The notes: generated by a model not told the origin, from the letters alone. 32,969 nt of DNA from Burkholderiaceae bacterium (GCA_014379395.1 JACMLV010000680.1:1-32969); one strand, 5' to 3'; counted from the stretch's first letter, positions 20,283-28,672 are shown. Numbers and translations are program-made.

Positions 20283-20343
20283 AAGCCCGCTCAACGCGGG
20301 CTTTTTTTTACGCCCACAAACCCCGCCAGCCGGGGTATTTTTT
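20283..20343 (+). terminator. Two tandem terminators closing the cI operon
   Basis: AAGCCCGC-TCAAC-GCGGGCTT plus T-tract; ACCCCG-CCAGC-CGGGGT plus ATTTTTT. Confidence 0.8.
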
Positions 20344-20359
20344 CGCCCAAGCACCGCAG

Positions 20360-20412
20360 TTAGCCTAAAGCTAAAAATAAATCTTGCACGCATATTAGCT
20401 TTAGGCTAAAGT
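20360..20412 (+). promoter_or_regulatory. PL-like early promoter with two OL-like operators
   Basis: TTAGCCTAAAGCTAA (20360-20374) and its exact reverse complement TTAGCTTTAGGCTAA (20395-20409); -35 TTGCAC (20384-20389), 17 bp spacer, -10 TAAAGT (20407-20412). Confidence 0.82.
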
Positions 20413-20452
20413 AACTCCGTCAACTCAACAACACTTGATGGAGATCACCACC

Positions 20453-20788
20453 ATGCCCACAGAATCCGTCGCCAGCACCGCCCTTGTAGCCACCCTGATG
20501 GACGCCGCCTTCAACCGTCCGCGCGATCCGCGCAGCGCCGAGTACCAGGCGGGCGTGCGCGCCGGACTGGCCCTGCGGATCTGCGGAACACCGGCCGTCC
20601 ACCAGCACACACCAGGCAGCGCCCAGCATGACGCCTTCTACTCCGGCATCGACGAGGCCCGCGCGATCTGGCGCGACCACCAGGAAAAAGAGGCACGCGC
20701 TCGCTACAACCGCGCACGCCAGGAAAAATACGACGCGGCCGACGCGGCCGGCGCGACCGCCGACAACACCCAGCCGGACGGCGCATGA
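20453..20788 (+). CDS. Early hypothetical protein (111 aa)
   Basis: GGAG ribosome-binding site; first ORF after the promoter; RDPRSAEYQAGVRAGL...GSAQHDAFYSGIDEAR. Confidence 0.7.
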   Translation: MPTESVASTALVATLMDAAFNRPRDPRSAEYQAGVRAGLALRICGTPAVHQHTPGSAQHDAFYSGIDEARAIWRDHQEKEARARYNRARQEKYDAADAAGATADNTQPDGA

Positions 20789-20925
20789 GCGCCTTCACCG
20801 TCACCGTGCGCCGGCCCGGCCAGCCGCCTTTCACGCGCCGGCAATTCGGCACCGACAGCGCCGCGCTGTCGATGGCCGCGCAGGAGCGCTTCGGCCCCTG
20901 CGGCGTCACCGTCAAACCAGCCTGA
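20785..20925 (+). CDS. Small early protein (46 aa)
   Basis: ATGA overlap; MSAFTVTVRRPGQPPFTRRQFGTDSAALSMAAQERFGPCGVTVKPA. Confidence 0.6.
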   Translation: MSAFTVTVRRPGQPPFTRRQFGTDSAALSMAAQERFGPCGVTVKPA

Positions 20926-20935
20926 GGACATCGCG

Positions 20936-21037
20936 ATGCGCACCATCTACCACCTGTTCCGCTTCTACCGCCGCCAAGGCGCCGGCGCCTGCCACGCGGC
21001 CAGCAAGGCGTTGCACGTCTACCGCAACGGCTTCTGA
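20936..21037 (+). CDS. Small early protein (33 aa)
   Basis: GAGGA ribosome-binding site; MRTIYHLFRFYRRQGAGACHAASKALHVYRNGF; fills the gap between neighbours. Confidence 0.5.
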   Translation: MRTIYHLFRFYRRQGAGACHAASKALHVYRNGF

Positions 21038-21038
21038 C

Positions 21039-21233
21039 ATGGCCCGCACCGCACCCGAACCGGACCGCGCCGCGCTGGAGATCGCGCACCGCCAGTTGCA
21101 CACCAGCCGGTCGCTCGACGACATGCTGAAGGTGGCCAACCTGAAGGCGACCCTGTACGCGGTGGCGCGCCGGCACATGAAGCGCCGCGAGCGGTTCGAC
21201 GTGCGAAAAATGCAAGCGAACGACAACGATTAA
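21039..21233 (+). CDS. Small early protein (64 aa)
   Basis: MARTAPEPDRAALEIAHRQL...FDVRKMQANDND; starts 1 bp after the previous stop. Confidence 0.65.
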   Translation: MARTAPEPDRAALEIAHRQLHTSRSLDDMLKVANLKATLYAVARRHMKRRERFDVRKMQANDND

Positions 21234-21264
21234 CCACCACCCATCACCACCAGAGAGGACCACC

Positions 21265-22002
21265 ATGAACGCAACAACCGAAGCAGAAACCGGCGCCGTC
21301 GCGCCAACCGCATCCGAATCCACATACGACTTCGCCACCGTGCCGGCGACCACCCTGCCAAACGGCGTGGCCGTGCCGTCGTTCCAGGTCGGCCGCTACC
21401 TGTGCGGCGAAGGCTTCAACCGCCCCGCCACCATTTGCGCCGGCGCCGCGCCATGGGTAGAGGTCAATTACGCCGAAGCGGTCAACGCCTGCGCCGCCAT
21501 CGGCGGCAAGCTGATCACCGAGCTGCAATGGCTGGCGATCGCCCACGACATCGCCGGCCAGGACATCAACTGGACCGGCGGCAAGGTCGGCGCCGGCGCG
21601 GTGTTTCAGGGCCTGCACCTGGGTAACGTCGACGAGGCCCAGCCGGGCGACTACGTCTCAGACGATGCGAACGAGCGCCGCTGGCACCAACTGTCCAACG
21701 GCGAACGGGTTTTCGACTTCGCCGGCAACGCCTACAGCTGGATTTTCGACGACGTCCAGGGCGACGAGCAGGGCCTGATCACCAAGCCGTTCGCCGAGGA
21801 TTCGCCGTCGATCGCGACGGCACCCCACCCCAGCATGGAAAACGGCATGGGCTGGCGCCCGCGCGCCGGCAGTGATTGGTCGGGCGATGCGCTCGTGCGC
21901 GGCGGTTACTGGCGCGACGGGGACTACGCCGGCGTGTTCCATCTCAACCTCGACTGGCCCGGCGTCCGCTGCGACATTGTCGGCTTCCGCTGCACCAAGT
22001 AG
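21265..22002 (+). CDS. DGR target 1: C-type-lectin/FGE-sulfatase-like fold with C-terminal VR
   Basis: PWVEVNYAEA, LITELQW, DFAGNAYSW, RGGYW, GFRC motifs; 3' end matches the TR. Confidence 0.93.
   Translation: MNATTEAETGAVAPTASESTYDFATVPATTLPNGVAVPSFQVGRYLCGEGFNRPATICAGAAPWVEVNYAEAVNACAAIGGKLITELQWLAIAHDIAGQDINWTGGKVGAGAVFQGLHLGNVDEAQPGDYVSDDANERRWHQLSNGERVFDFAGNAYSWIFDDVQGDEQGLITKPFAEDSPSIATAPHPSMENGMGWRPRAGSDWSGDALVRGGYWRDGDYAGVFHLNLDWPGVRCDIVGFRCTK
21878..21992 (+). repeat. DGR variable repeat VR1
   Basis: 115-bp ungapped match to the TR; 13 mismatches, all at TR adenines. Confidence 0.97.
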
Positions 22003-22026
22003 CTCGGGCCTCTGGACCCCGGTTTC

Positions 22027-22049
22027 CGGTCACTGCGAAGCGGTGGCCG
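22027..22049 (+). other. Hairpin downstream of VR1 (target-recognition element)
   Basis: CGGTCACTGC-GAA-GCGGTGGCCG, two G.T pairs. Confidence 0.8.
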
Positions 22050-22080
22050 TCCCATCACACCACTGGAGCACAACATCACC

Positions 22081-22995
22081 ATGCAAGACCAAGGCCTCTA
22101 CAACAAATTCAACGTGACCCGCGCCGATGGCCGCCACGCCGCCGGCGAGAAGCACGCCGATTGCGAATACTTCGTTCTCGACGTCAGCCACGACAAACAC
22201 GCCCTGCCGGCGCTCATCGCCTACGCCGATTCCTGCGAGGCCGACTATCCGCTGCTCTCGGCCGACTTGCGCAGCAAGGCAACGGCCTCGATTGGCGCCA
22301 ACAACGCATTCGTCACCGTTCCCGAAACCACGCTGCCGGGCGGTCAGGTCGTCCCGTCGTTCCAAGTGGGCCAATACCTGTGCGCGAAAGGCCCGATGGG
22401 CATTCCACAGGTTGCGGCAATGTCTCAGCCATGGGTCGAGATCAACTACGCCGAGGCGCGCCAGGCATGCGCCGCCGCCGGACTGTCGCTAATCACAGAA
22501 CTCCAGGCGCTCGCCATCGCCCACGACATCGTCAACCAGGGCATCAACTGGGCGGGCGGCGCCGTCGGCGAAGGAAAGGTATTTCAGGGCCTGCACAAAG
22601 GCTCCGTCAACTCCGCACAGCACGGCGACTTCGTTTCGGACAATCCGGAAGAACGCCGCTGGCACCAGCTTTCCAACGGCGCCCGGGTTTTCGACTTCGC
22701 CGGCAACGCCTATTCGTGGGTTTTCGACGACGTCCAGGGCGACGAGCAGGGCCTGATCGCCAAGCCGTTCGCCGATGACTCGCCGTCGATCGCGACGGCT
22801 CCTTATCCGAGCATGGAAAACGGCATGGGCTGGCGCCCGGACGCCGGCGCCGATTGGTCGGGCAATGCGCTCGTGCGCGGCGGTTGCTGGAACGACGGGG
22901 ACTGCGCCGGCGCGTTCCTTCTCGACGACGGCTGGCCCGACCTCCGCCGCGACGATGTCGGCTTCCGCTGCACCAAGCCCAGCTCGGGTCTCTGA
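22081..22995 (+). CDS. DGR target 2: ~70-aa N-terminal module plus CLec/FGE-like domain with VR
   Basis: Paralog of target 1 with extra N-terminus GLYNKFNVTRADG...CEYFVLDVSHDKHALPALIAYADSC. Confidence 0.93.
   Translation: MQDQGLYNKFNVTRADGRHAAGEKHADCEYFVLDVSHDKHALPALIAYADSCEADYPLLSADLRSKATASIGANNAFVTVPETTLPGGQVVPSFQVGQYLCAKGPMGIPQVAAMSQPWVEINYAEARQACAAAGLSLITELQALAIAHDIVNQGINWAGGAVGEGKVFQGLHKGSVNSAQHGDFVSDNPEERRWHQLSNGARVFDFAGNAYSWVFDDVQGDEQGLIAKPFADDSPSIATAPYPSMENGMGWRPDAGADWSGNALVRGGCWNDGDCAGAFLLDDGWPDLRRDDVGFRCTKPSSGL
22856..22970 (+). repeat. DGR variable repeat VR2
   Basis: 115-bp ungapped match to the TR; 14 mismatches, 13 at TR adenines and one T>C (22913). Confidence 0.97.
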
Positions 22996-23004
22996 TCCCT
23001 GGCC

Positions 23005-23032
23005 TCCGGTCACTGCGTAAGCGGTGACCGGA
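23005..23032 (+). other. Hairpin downstream of VR2
   Basis: TCCGGTCACTGC-GTAA-GCGGTGACCGGA, one G.T pair. Confidence 0.85.
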
Positions 23033-23058
23033 ACCCCACCAAACGAAGAAGGAAAACC

Positions 23059-23565
23059 ATGTTTACAGCACTGCACGGTCTGGCGCAAAGCGCGACGCTC
23101 ATGATCGTTGTCGCCGCCGATGGCGACCAGCTGCGCGTCAGTATCACACCGACCGCCACCGGCGACAAAACCAAGCCGCACGCGCTGCGCCCGCTGTCGC
23201 TGCTGGCCACCCCGGCCGAACTGGACGCCGATTTCGCGGCGGCGCTGGCCATCTGGCAGGCGCCGAAGCGCTCTCTGATCGAACAGGCGCAGGCGGCGGC
23301 CGGCGAAGACCCGGATGAGGATGCCGGCGAATCGTCGAACGGCGCCGCCACCGAGCCCGCGGCGCCGAAGAAGGAAAAGCCCGGCCGGAAAAAGAAGGCC
23401 GACGCGCCAGCCAACCCCGGCATTGCGCAGGGCGACGCCGGCGCCGGCCCGCAACCCGTCGAACTGGAAGGAGCCGAGGAATCCAAGTCCAATCCAGAAA
23501 TCGCGCCGCCACCGGCACCCGCCCAACCCCCGGCCGCCGACGAATTCACGCTGGATCTTTTTTAA
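23059..23565 (+). CDS. PRTRC system protein E
   Basis: MFTALHGL...QLRVSITP...PLSLLATPAELDADF N-terminus with a low-complexity tail ending LDLF; cassette context. Confidence 0.88.
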   Translation: MFTALHGLAQSATLMIVVAADGDQLRVSITPTATGDKTKPHALRPLSLLATPAELDADFAAALAIWQAPKRSLIEQAQAAAGEDPDEDAGESSNGAATEPAAPKKEKPGRKKKADAPANPGIAQGDAGAGPQPVELEGAEESKSNPEIAPPPAPAQPPAADEFTLDLF

Positions 23566-23571
23566 GGACGC

Positions 23572-23973
23572 ATGAGCATGGACATTCAAAACCTTCTGCG
23601 CGAATTCCGCTACAACGGCGTCGTGCTGGCCGACCCGAACGAGGCGTTCTCGCTGGCCCAGGTGCGCGACTTCTACGCCACCGTCTATCCGGAGATCCTG
23701 AGCGCCGACATCGAAGGCCCGCAGCAGGTCGGCGCCAAAACGATCTACACGTTCCGGCGCGCGGTTGGCACCAAGGGTGGCGCCAGCCTGGCCGGCATGA
23801 TCCGCGACCTGGCCGAGCTGCTGCACGCGAACTGGTTCGGCCCGGGCGACACGGAATTCATCAAGGATCTGCAGGAGGCGCTGCACAAGAACGAGGTGGC
23901 GCGCATCCCCGCCGCCGCCAGCCTGCGCCTGATCGGCCTGCACCGCGCGCACTGCGAAGCGAAGGCGGCCTGA
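23572..23973 (+). CDS. PRTRC system protein C (ubiquitin-like) with C-terminal extension
   Basis: REFRYNGVVLADPN...VRDFYATVYPEI...YTFRRAVGTKG signature, then G70 and 63 more residues. Confidence 0.88.
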   Translation: MSMDIQNLLREFRYNGVVLADPNEAFSLAQVRDFYATVYPEILSADIEGPQQVGAKTIYTFRRAVGTKGGASLAGMIRDLAELLHANWFGPGDTEFIKDLQEALHKNEVARIPAAASLRLIGLHRAHCEAKAA

Positions 23974-23975
23974 TC

Positions 23976-24176
23976 ATGCTGACCAGGAAAACCGCCCTCG
24001 CCCGGCTGCGCGCCACCGGCACCCTGTCGGCCGCCACGCCGAAGGCCAACATCATCACCAGGGAGCAGGCGAACAGCGCGCCGGCCAGGGATGCGGCCCA
24101 GGTTATCCGCGACAACAGCGGCCGCGCCGGCAAGCGCTTTCTCGCGCCGTCGCCGTTCCATGCGGTGCTGCCATGA
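23976..24176 (+). CDS. Hypothetical protein (66 aa)
   Basis: Fills the gap between C and F; ATGA overlap with F. Confidence 0.6.
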   Translation: MLTRKTALARLRATGTLSAATPKANIITREQANSAPARDAAQVIRDNSGRAGKRFLAPSPFHAVLP

Positions 24177-25228
24177 TCGCCGCCGGCGCCCTGGCGCTGC
24201 CACGACTGCATGATGCGATCCCGATGGAATTTCGCATTCCCGGCAAAAGCGAGCTGGCCACCCCGATGGCGATCATGCTGCTCGAGGCGAACCTGATCAC
24301 CGACGGCATGCTCAGGCAGCCGCCGAGCTACCTGTCGGCCGACGCGGCGCGCGAGCCGGACGAACGCGACCTGTCGGAGCAAGCCATGACGACGTGGTGG
24401 AACGGCATCCAGTACGAAGCCAAACACTTCCGATGGAATATGCACGTCCAACGACTGGACAGCCACACGCGCGCACTCAAATCGGAGCGCGCGCCGGTAG
24501 GATGGTTTTGCCTCACCAGAAACGGCGATTTCGACATCCCCCGCTTCGCACTGGGGCGCCGCATCGGCGAACTCGAGGCGATCCGGGAGGGCCTCGGCCA
24601 GACGGCGCTGTCGGTCCTGCTCGAGGCGACGATCCGGCTGCCCGACGCGCTCGACCCGTGGCGCGCCGTCAATTTCGCCGAATGGCTGCACTGGCACTCG
24701 AGCGACTCCGACGAGGAGCTGCTGGAGATGCTGCGCGAGGAAAACGACTATCTGACCACCCAGGAGGCGCTCGACGACGATGTGCTGACGCGCGCCCAAT
24801 TCTATGCGGACATGCCGCGCTGGGTCACGGCCCCGCATCGCATGCTGTCGCACGACGAAATGGCCGCCACCGAGTGCGGCGAGCGGGACCGCGACGTGAT
24901 CGCCTCCTGCGCCGCGATCTCGCAATTCATCCGCTTGGCCGGCCGCGCGCTGGAGCCGCACATGATCGGCTGCCACCAGGCCGGCGGCGACGGCTCGGTC
25001 GACGGCTGCATGGTCCTGCTCTGGGCCGAGAACGACCAGATCGGCAGGGTGCTCGACGACGGCATCAACGCGATCGGCGAATCGGGCGATTGCTACGAAA
25101 TGATCGACGCGCACCCGGTTCCGCTGACGAAGAAGAACTTCCGGGCGTTTCAGGAGCGGACCGAAAAAATGATGCAGCTGGCCGCCCTGACCGAACGCCT
25201 GCTCGACCTGATCGGGGATCCATTATGA
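24173..25228 (+). CDS. PRTRC system protein F
   Basis: 351 aa; ALALPRL start and LEAIREGLGQTALSVL motif; position just before protein B. Confidence 0.78.
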   Translation: MIAAGALALPRLHDAIPMEFRIPGKSELATPMAIMLLEANLITDGMLRQPPSYLSADAAREPDERDLSEQAMTTWWNGIQYEAKHFRWNMHVQRLDSHTRALKSERAPVGWFCLTRNGDFDIPRFALGRRIGELEAIREGLGQTALSVLLEATIRLPDALDPWRAVNFAEWLHWHSSDSDEELLEMLREENDYLTTQEALDDDVLTRAQFYADMPRWVTAPHRMLSHDEMAATECGERDRDVIASCAAISQFIRLAGRALEPHMIGCHQAGGDGSVDGCMVLLWAENDQIGRVLDDGINAIGESGDCYEMIDAHPVPLTKKNFRAFQERTEKMMQLAALTERLLDLIGDPL

Positions 25229-25965
25229 GCAAAGTGCGCATTCTTGCGGAGAGCGACGTCACGCTCAACCTGGTCAGCGCATTGCTGATGTACCAGTCCA
25301 ACCGCGGCGACGTTTACGCGACGACCCACCCGGTGGAAATCGACGGCGACCAGCCGCACCGCAAGGTGATCGGTGCCGGCACGCCGCTGACCAGGGAAGG
25401 CCTGGCCAAGTTCGCCAGCGCGGTCGACGCGGCGACCGCCTACGGTGGCTTCGTCCCCGAAAACCTGCTCTACACGGCAGCCGCCATGATCGCCTGGTGG
25501 ACGCCTGCGAGCGTGCGCAACTGCTGGTTCAAGTGCAATGACACGGAGATCGGCACCGCGCACGGCCAGGTCGCCCATCCCGCGCTGGTGTTCGTGGCGG
25601 TTCCCGGCGACTGGTACGTGTTCGCCCTGCGCGACTCGACCCGCCCCGAACGCAACACGCGCCTGTGCCACTCACCGCATTTCAACGTGTGGGAAGGCGG
25701 GCGCATCTGCAGCGGCAACGTCGACCTGCCGCCGGCGCTCGGCGCCGACGCGATCGCCATTTACGAGGATGCGTTCTTTCGCAGCCACTTCACCCACCCG
25801 AACCGGCAGCGCGCCGTGAAATACAAGGGCGGCGCCGCCGCGCTCTGGCGCGACCAGCTGCGCAGCCCGGACCCGGACGCGCTGCGCCGGGCACTGATGC
25901 CGGCAAAAGAGACTTTACAGAACGCGATCGAGCGCATCGCCAACGCAGCACGCAACCACCGCTAA
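25225..25965 (+). CDS. PRTRC system protein B (prokaryotic E2 family D-like, 246 aa)
   Basis: ATG 25225 (ATGA overlap); YATTHPV, AWWTPA, HPALVF, PHFNVWEGGRICSGN (candidate catalytic Cys), FFRSHFTHPN. Confidence 0.9.
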   Translation: MSKVRILAESDVTLNLVSALLMYQSNRGDVYATTHPVEIDGDQPHRKVIGAGTPLTREGLAKFASAVDAATAYGGFVPENLLYTAAAMIAWWTPASVRNCWFKCNDTEIGTAHGQVAHPALVFVAVPGDWYVFALRDSTRPERNTRLCHSPHFNVWEGGRICSGNVDLPPALGADAIAIYEDAFFRSHFTHPNRQRAVKYKGGAAALWRDQLRSPDPDALRRALMPAKETLQNAIERIANAARNHR

Positions 25966-25977
25966 CCAAGGAGCCCC

Positions 25978-26775
25978 ATGAACGCCCAAGAACTGCAAAT
26001 CAAATTCGACGAACTGCTGTCCATCACCCGCGAATCGTATGACGCATTCCTGTCTCAGTCCGAGCTGGCGCTCGCCGCCGAGCGACCGCTGATGCTGGCG
26101 GTGGACGAGGACAATCTGGACGCCGAGAAATTCCAGATGGATCGCGCACTGTTCAGCGCCGCACCCGTCGTCGCGGTGCCCATCCACAGCGAGTTCTCCC
26201 CGCTGCGCCAGAACGGCCACCGCTTCCTGCTGGCCGAGGACGGCCTGTATCTGGAGGCGCGCCGGCCGTGGCTGCACTTCATCCACCGCCTGGCCGAGCA
26301 CAACACCGTGCGCATCCCGTTCGGCGCCGTCAAGCCCAAGGTCGAGCTTGCGTTCGGCGCGCTCGGCACGGCGCTGATGGAAATGCAGGAGTTCGGCGCG
26401 CACGCCATGGTCGAGGCGCCGACCGAGGCCGCCGCCAGCCTGATCTGGAATGACGAAAGCCGCGCCTGGTCCATCAAATACCCCGAAACGATCGGCGCGG
26501 CGACCGCCAGCCGCATCGAATACAAGCAGGTCGAGCTCGGCGAGCGCGAAAGCGTCGCCATCGACCTGCACAGCCACGGCAACGGGCCGGCGTTTTTCAG
26601 CCCGACGGACGACGACGACGACCGGGGCGCGATCAAGATTTCCGGCGTGTTCGGCGACCTCGACCAGCCGCTGCCGTCCGTCGCCTTCCGCCTGTGCGTG
26701 CTGGGCCTCTACATTCCGCTCAAGGTGCCGGCCGAGAAGATTTTCGGCGCGCACGCGCCGGCCGTCGCCGCTTAG
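25978..26775 (+). CDS. PRTRC system protein A (JAB/MPN metallopeptidase)
   Basis: GHRFLLAEDGLYLEARRPWL N-terminal region; PTEAAA glutamate and DLHSHGNGPAFFSPTDDDDD JAMM motif. Confidence 0.92.
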   Translation: MNAQELQIKFDELLSITRESYDAFLSQSELALAAERPLMLAVDEDNLDAEKFQMDRALFSAAPVVAVPIHSEFSPLRQNGHRFLLAEDGLYLEARRPWLHFIHRLAEHNTVRIPFGAVKPKVELAFGALGTALMEMQEFGAHAMVEAPTEAAASLIWNDESRAWSIKYPETIGAATASRIEYKQVELGERESVAIDLHSHGNGPAFFSPTDDDDDRGAIKISGVFGDLDQPLPSVAFRLCVLGLYIPLKVPAEKIFGAHAPAVAA

Positions 26776-26785
26776 GAATCGCGCG

Positions 26786-27559
26786 ATGCCACACATCACC
26801 CCTCCGTACCTGCTGCAAAAGAAGGTCGCGATCGCCCTGGTCGGCTGCGGCGGCAACGGCTCGCAGATGCTGACCGGCCTGGCGCGACTGAACCACGCCA
26901 TCACGGCGCTCGGCCACCCGGGTCTCACGATCCGCGTGTTCGATCCGGACACGGTGAGCGAGGCCAACATGGGCCGCCAGATGTTCGGCGCCTTCGATGT
27001 CGGCTCGAGCAAAGCGCACGTGCTGGTCAACCGGATCAATGGATTTTTCGGCCTCGACTGGAAGGCGTTCTTCGGCCGCTACGAAGTCGACGACCACGCC
27101 TACGACATGATGATCTGCTGCGTCGACAGCGCGAAGGCGCGCCACGGCATCACCCAGACCTTTCATCGCCGCCGGCCGCGATACCTGATGGACCTCGGCA
27201 ACCGGGCCGCCGACGGCCAGGTTATTTTTGGCGAGCCTAGCCAAGACGATGATTGGCCACCCGCACCCGCCGGGAGCGTCCGCCTTCCGAGCCCGTACGC
27301 GATCCTGCCGGAGCTGATCGACCACATGGCGGCCGAGGACGACACGCCCAGCTGCGGCCTGGCCGAGGCGCTCGAGCGCCAGGAGCTGTTCGTCAACCAG
27401 TCGATCGTCACGCCGGCGCTCAGCATCCTGTGGGAATTTTTCCGCTACGGCCGGCTGACCTGGCACGGCGCCTTCGTCAACATGCGCACCGGCAGCATGC
27501 GGCCGCTGCAAGTGAAAGAACCGGTCGCCGCGACAGCGGATGACCACATCGAAAATTAA
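26786..27559 (+). CDS. PRTRC system ThiF/E1-like protein (257 aa)
   Basis: ATG 26786; LVGCGGNGS, DPDTVSEANMGRQ, CCVD, DLGN, TPSCGLAEALERQELFVN. Confidence 0.93.
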   Translation: MPHITPPYLLQKKVAIALVGCGGNGSQMLTGLARLNHAITALGHPGLTIRVFDPDTVSEANMGRQMFGAFDVGSSKAHVLVNRINGFFGLDWKAFFGRYEVDDHAYDMMICCVDSAKARHGITQTFHRRRPRYLMDLGNRAADGQVIFGEPSQDDDWPPAPAGSVRLPSPYAILPELIDHMAAEDDTPSCGLAEALERQELFVNQSIVTPALSILWEFFRYGRLTWHGAFVNMRTGSMRPLQVKEPVAATADDHIEN

Positions 27560-27574
27560 TTACAAGAGAAACCC

Positions 27575-28591
27575 ATGAAAAAACGCATTTACATCGCAGG
27601 CCCGATGACCGGCCACGCCGATCTCAACTTCCCAGCGTTCCATGCCGCCGCAGCCGAATTGCGCGCCCTTGGCCATGAAGCCATCAACCCGGCAGAAATC
27701 AATCCCGCGCTCGACGCGGTTTGGGCCGACTGCATGCGAGCCGACCTTGCGCACCTGGCCACGTGCCACGGCATCCACTTGCTGCCAGGATGGGAAAATT
27801 CGCGTGGCGCGAGCCTGGAGCATCATATCGCCCAAGCGCTTGACTACGAAATCACACTCGCATCCGGCGCGCTGCACCCGACTGCACTCGCCAGCGCCGC
27901 AGCCACCACAAAACCCGCCTTCGTCACCGTGCCGGCGACCACCCTGCCAAACGGCGTGGCCGTGCCGTCGTTCCAAGTCGGCCGCTACCTGTGCGCCGAA
28001 GGCGTCGACGGAATTGCCACCGTTTCCGCCGACGCCGCGCCTTGGGTCAAGATCAATTACGCCGAAGCGGCCAAGGCCTGCGCCGCAGCCGGCGGCAAGC
28101 TGATCACCGAGCTGCAATGGCTGGCGATCGCCCACGACATCGCCGGCCAGGACATCAACTGGACCGGCGGCAAGGTCGGCGCAGGCGCCGTGTTCCAGGG
28201 TCTGCACCTGGGCAACGTCGACGAAGCACAGCCGGGCGAATTCATTTCCGACGACGCGAACGAGCGCCGCTGGCACCAGCTGTCCAACGGCGAGCGCGTG
28301 TTCGATTTCGCCGGCAACGCCTACAGCTGGGTTTTCGACGACGTCCAGGGCGACGAGCTGGGCCTGATCGCCAAGCCGTTCGCCGAGGACTCGCCATCGA
28401 TCACGACGGCGCCATTTCCAAGCATGAAAAATGGCATGGGCTGGCGGCCGCGCGCCGGCAGTGACGGGTCGGGCAATGCGCTCGTGCGCGGCGGTTTCTG
28501 GAACGACGGGGACTACGCCGGCGTGTTCCGTCTCAACTACGACTGGCCCGACCACCGCTACGACGTTGTCGGCTTCCGCTGCACCAAGTAG
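27575..28591 (+). CDS. DGR target 3: DUF4406-like N-terminal domain plus CLec/FGE-like domain with VR
   Basis: RIYIAGPMTG...NFPAF...NPAE...WADCMRADL...LLPGWENSRGASLEHHIA N-terminal domain; C-terminal domain highly similar to target 1. Confidence 0.93.
   Translation: MKKRIYIAGPMTGHADLNFPAFHAAAAELRALGHEAINPAEINPALDAVWADCMRADLAHLATCHGIHLLPGWENSRGASLEHHIAQALDYEITLASGALHPTALASAAATTKPAFVTVPATTLPNGVAVPSFQVGRYLCAEGVDGIATVSADAAPWVKINYAEAAKACAAAGGKLITELQWLAIAHDIAGQDINWTGGKVGAGAVFQGLHLGNVDEAQPGEFISDDANERRWHQLSNGERVFDFAGNAYSWVFDDVQGDELGLIAKPFAEDSPSITTAPFPSMKNGMGWRPRAGSDGSGNALVRGGFWNDGDYAGVFRLNYDWPDHRYDVVGFRCTK
28467..28581 (+). repeat. DGR variable repeat VR3
   Basis: 115-bp ungapped match to the TR; 9 mismatches, all at TR adenines. 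Confidence 0.97.
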
Positions 28592-28614
28592 CTAGGGCCT
28601 CTGGACCCTGGTTT

Positions 28615-28640
28615 CCGGTCACTGCGTAAGCGGTGACCGG
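28615..28640 (+). other. Hairpin downstream of VR3
   Basis: CCGGTCACTGC-GTAA-GCGGTGACCGG, one G.T pair. Confidence 0.85.
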
Positions 28641-28672
28641 CTTCGCCGCCAACCACACTGAAAAGCATCACC

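Noticed and set aside
21265-22995. Targets as true formylglycine-generating enzymes
   Set aside because: The resemblance is to the fold; the region around RGGxW...GFR is the hypervariable VR and no sulfatase gene is nearby.
24394-25224. 523-aa ORF 24394-25965 as one long protein
   Set aside because: The first ~277 codons are an off-frame overlap of protein F; protein B starts at ATG 25225. The same applies to the 26450 extension of ThiF (real start 26786).
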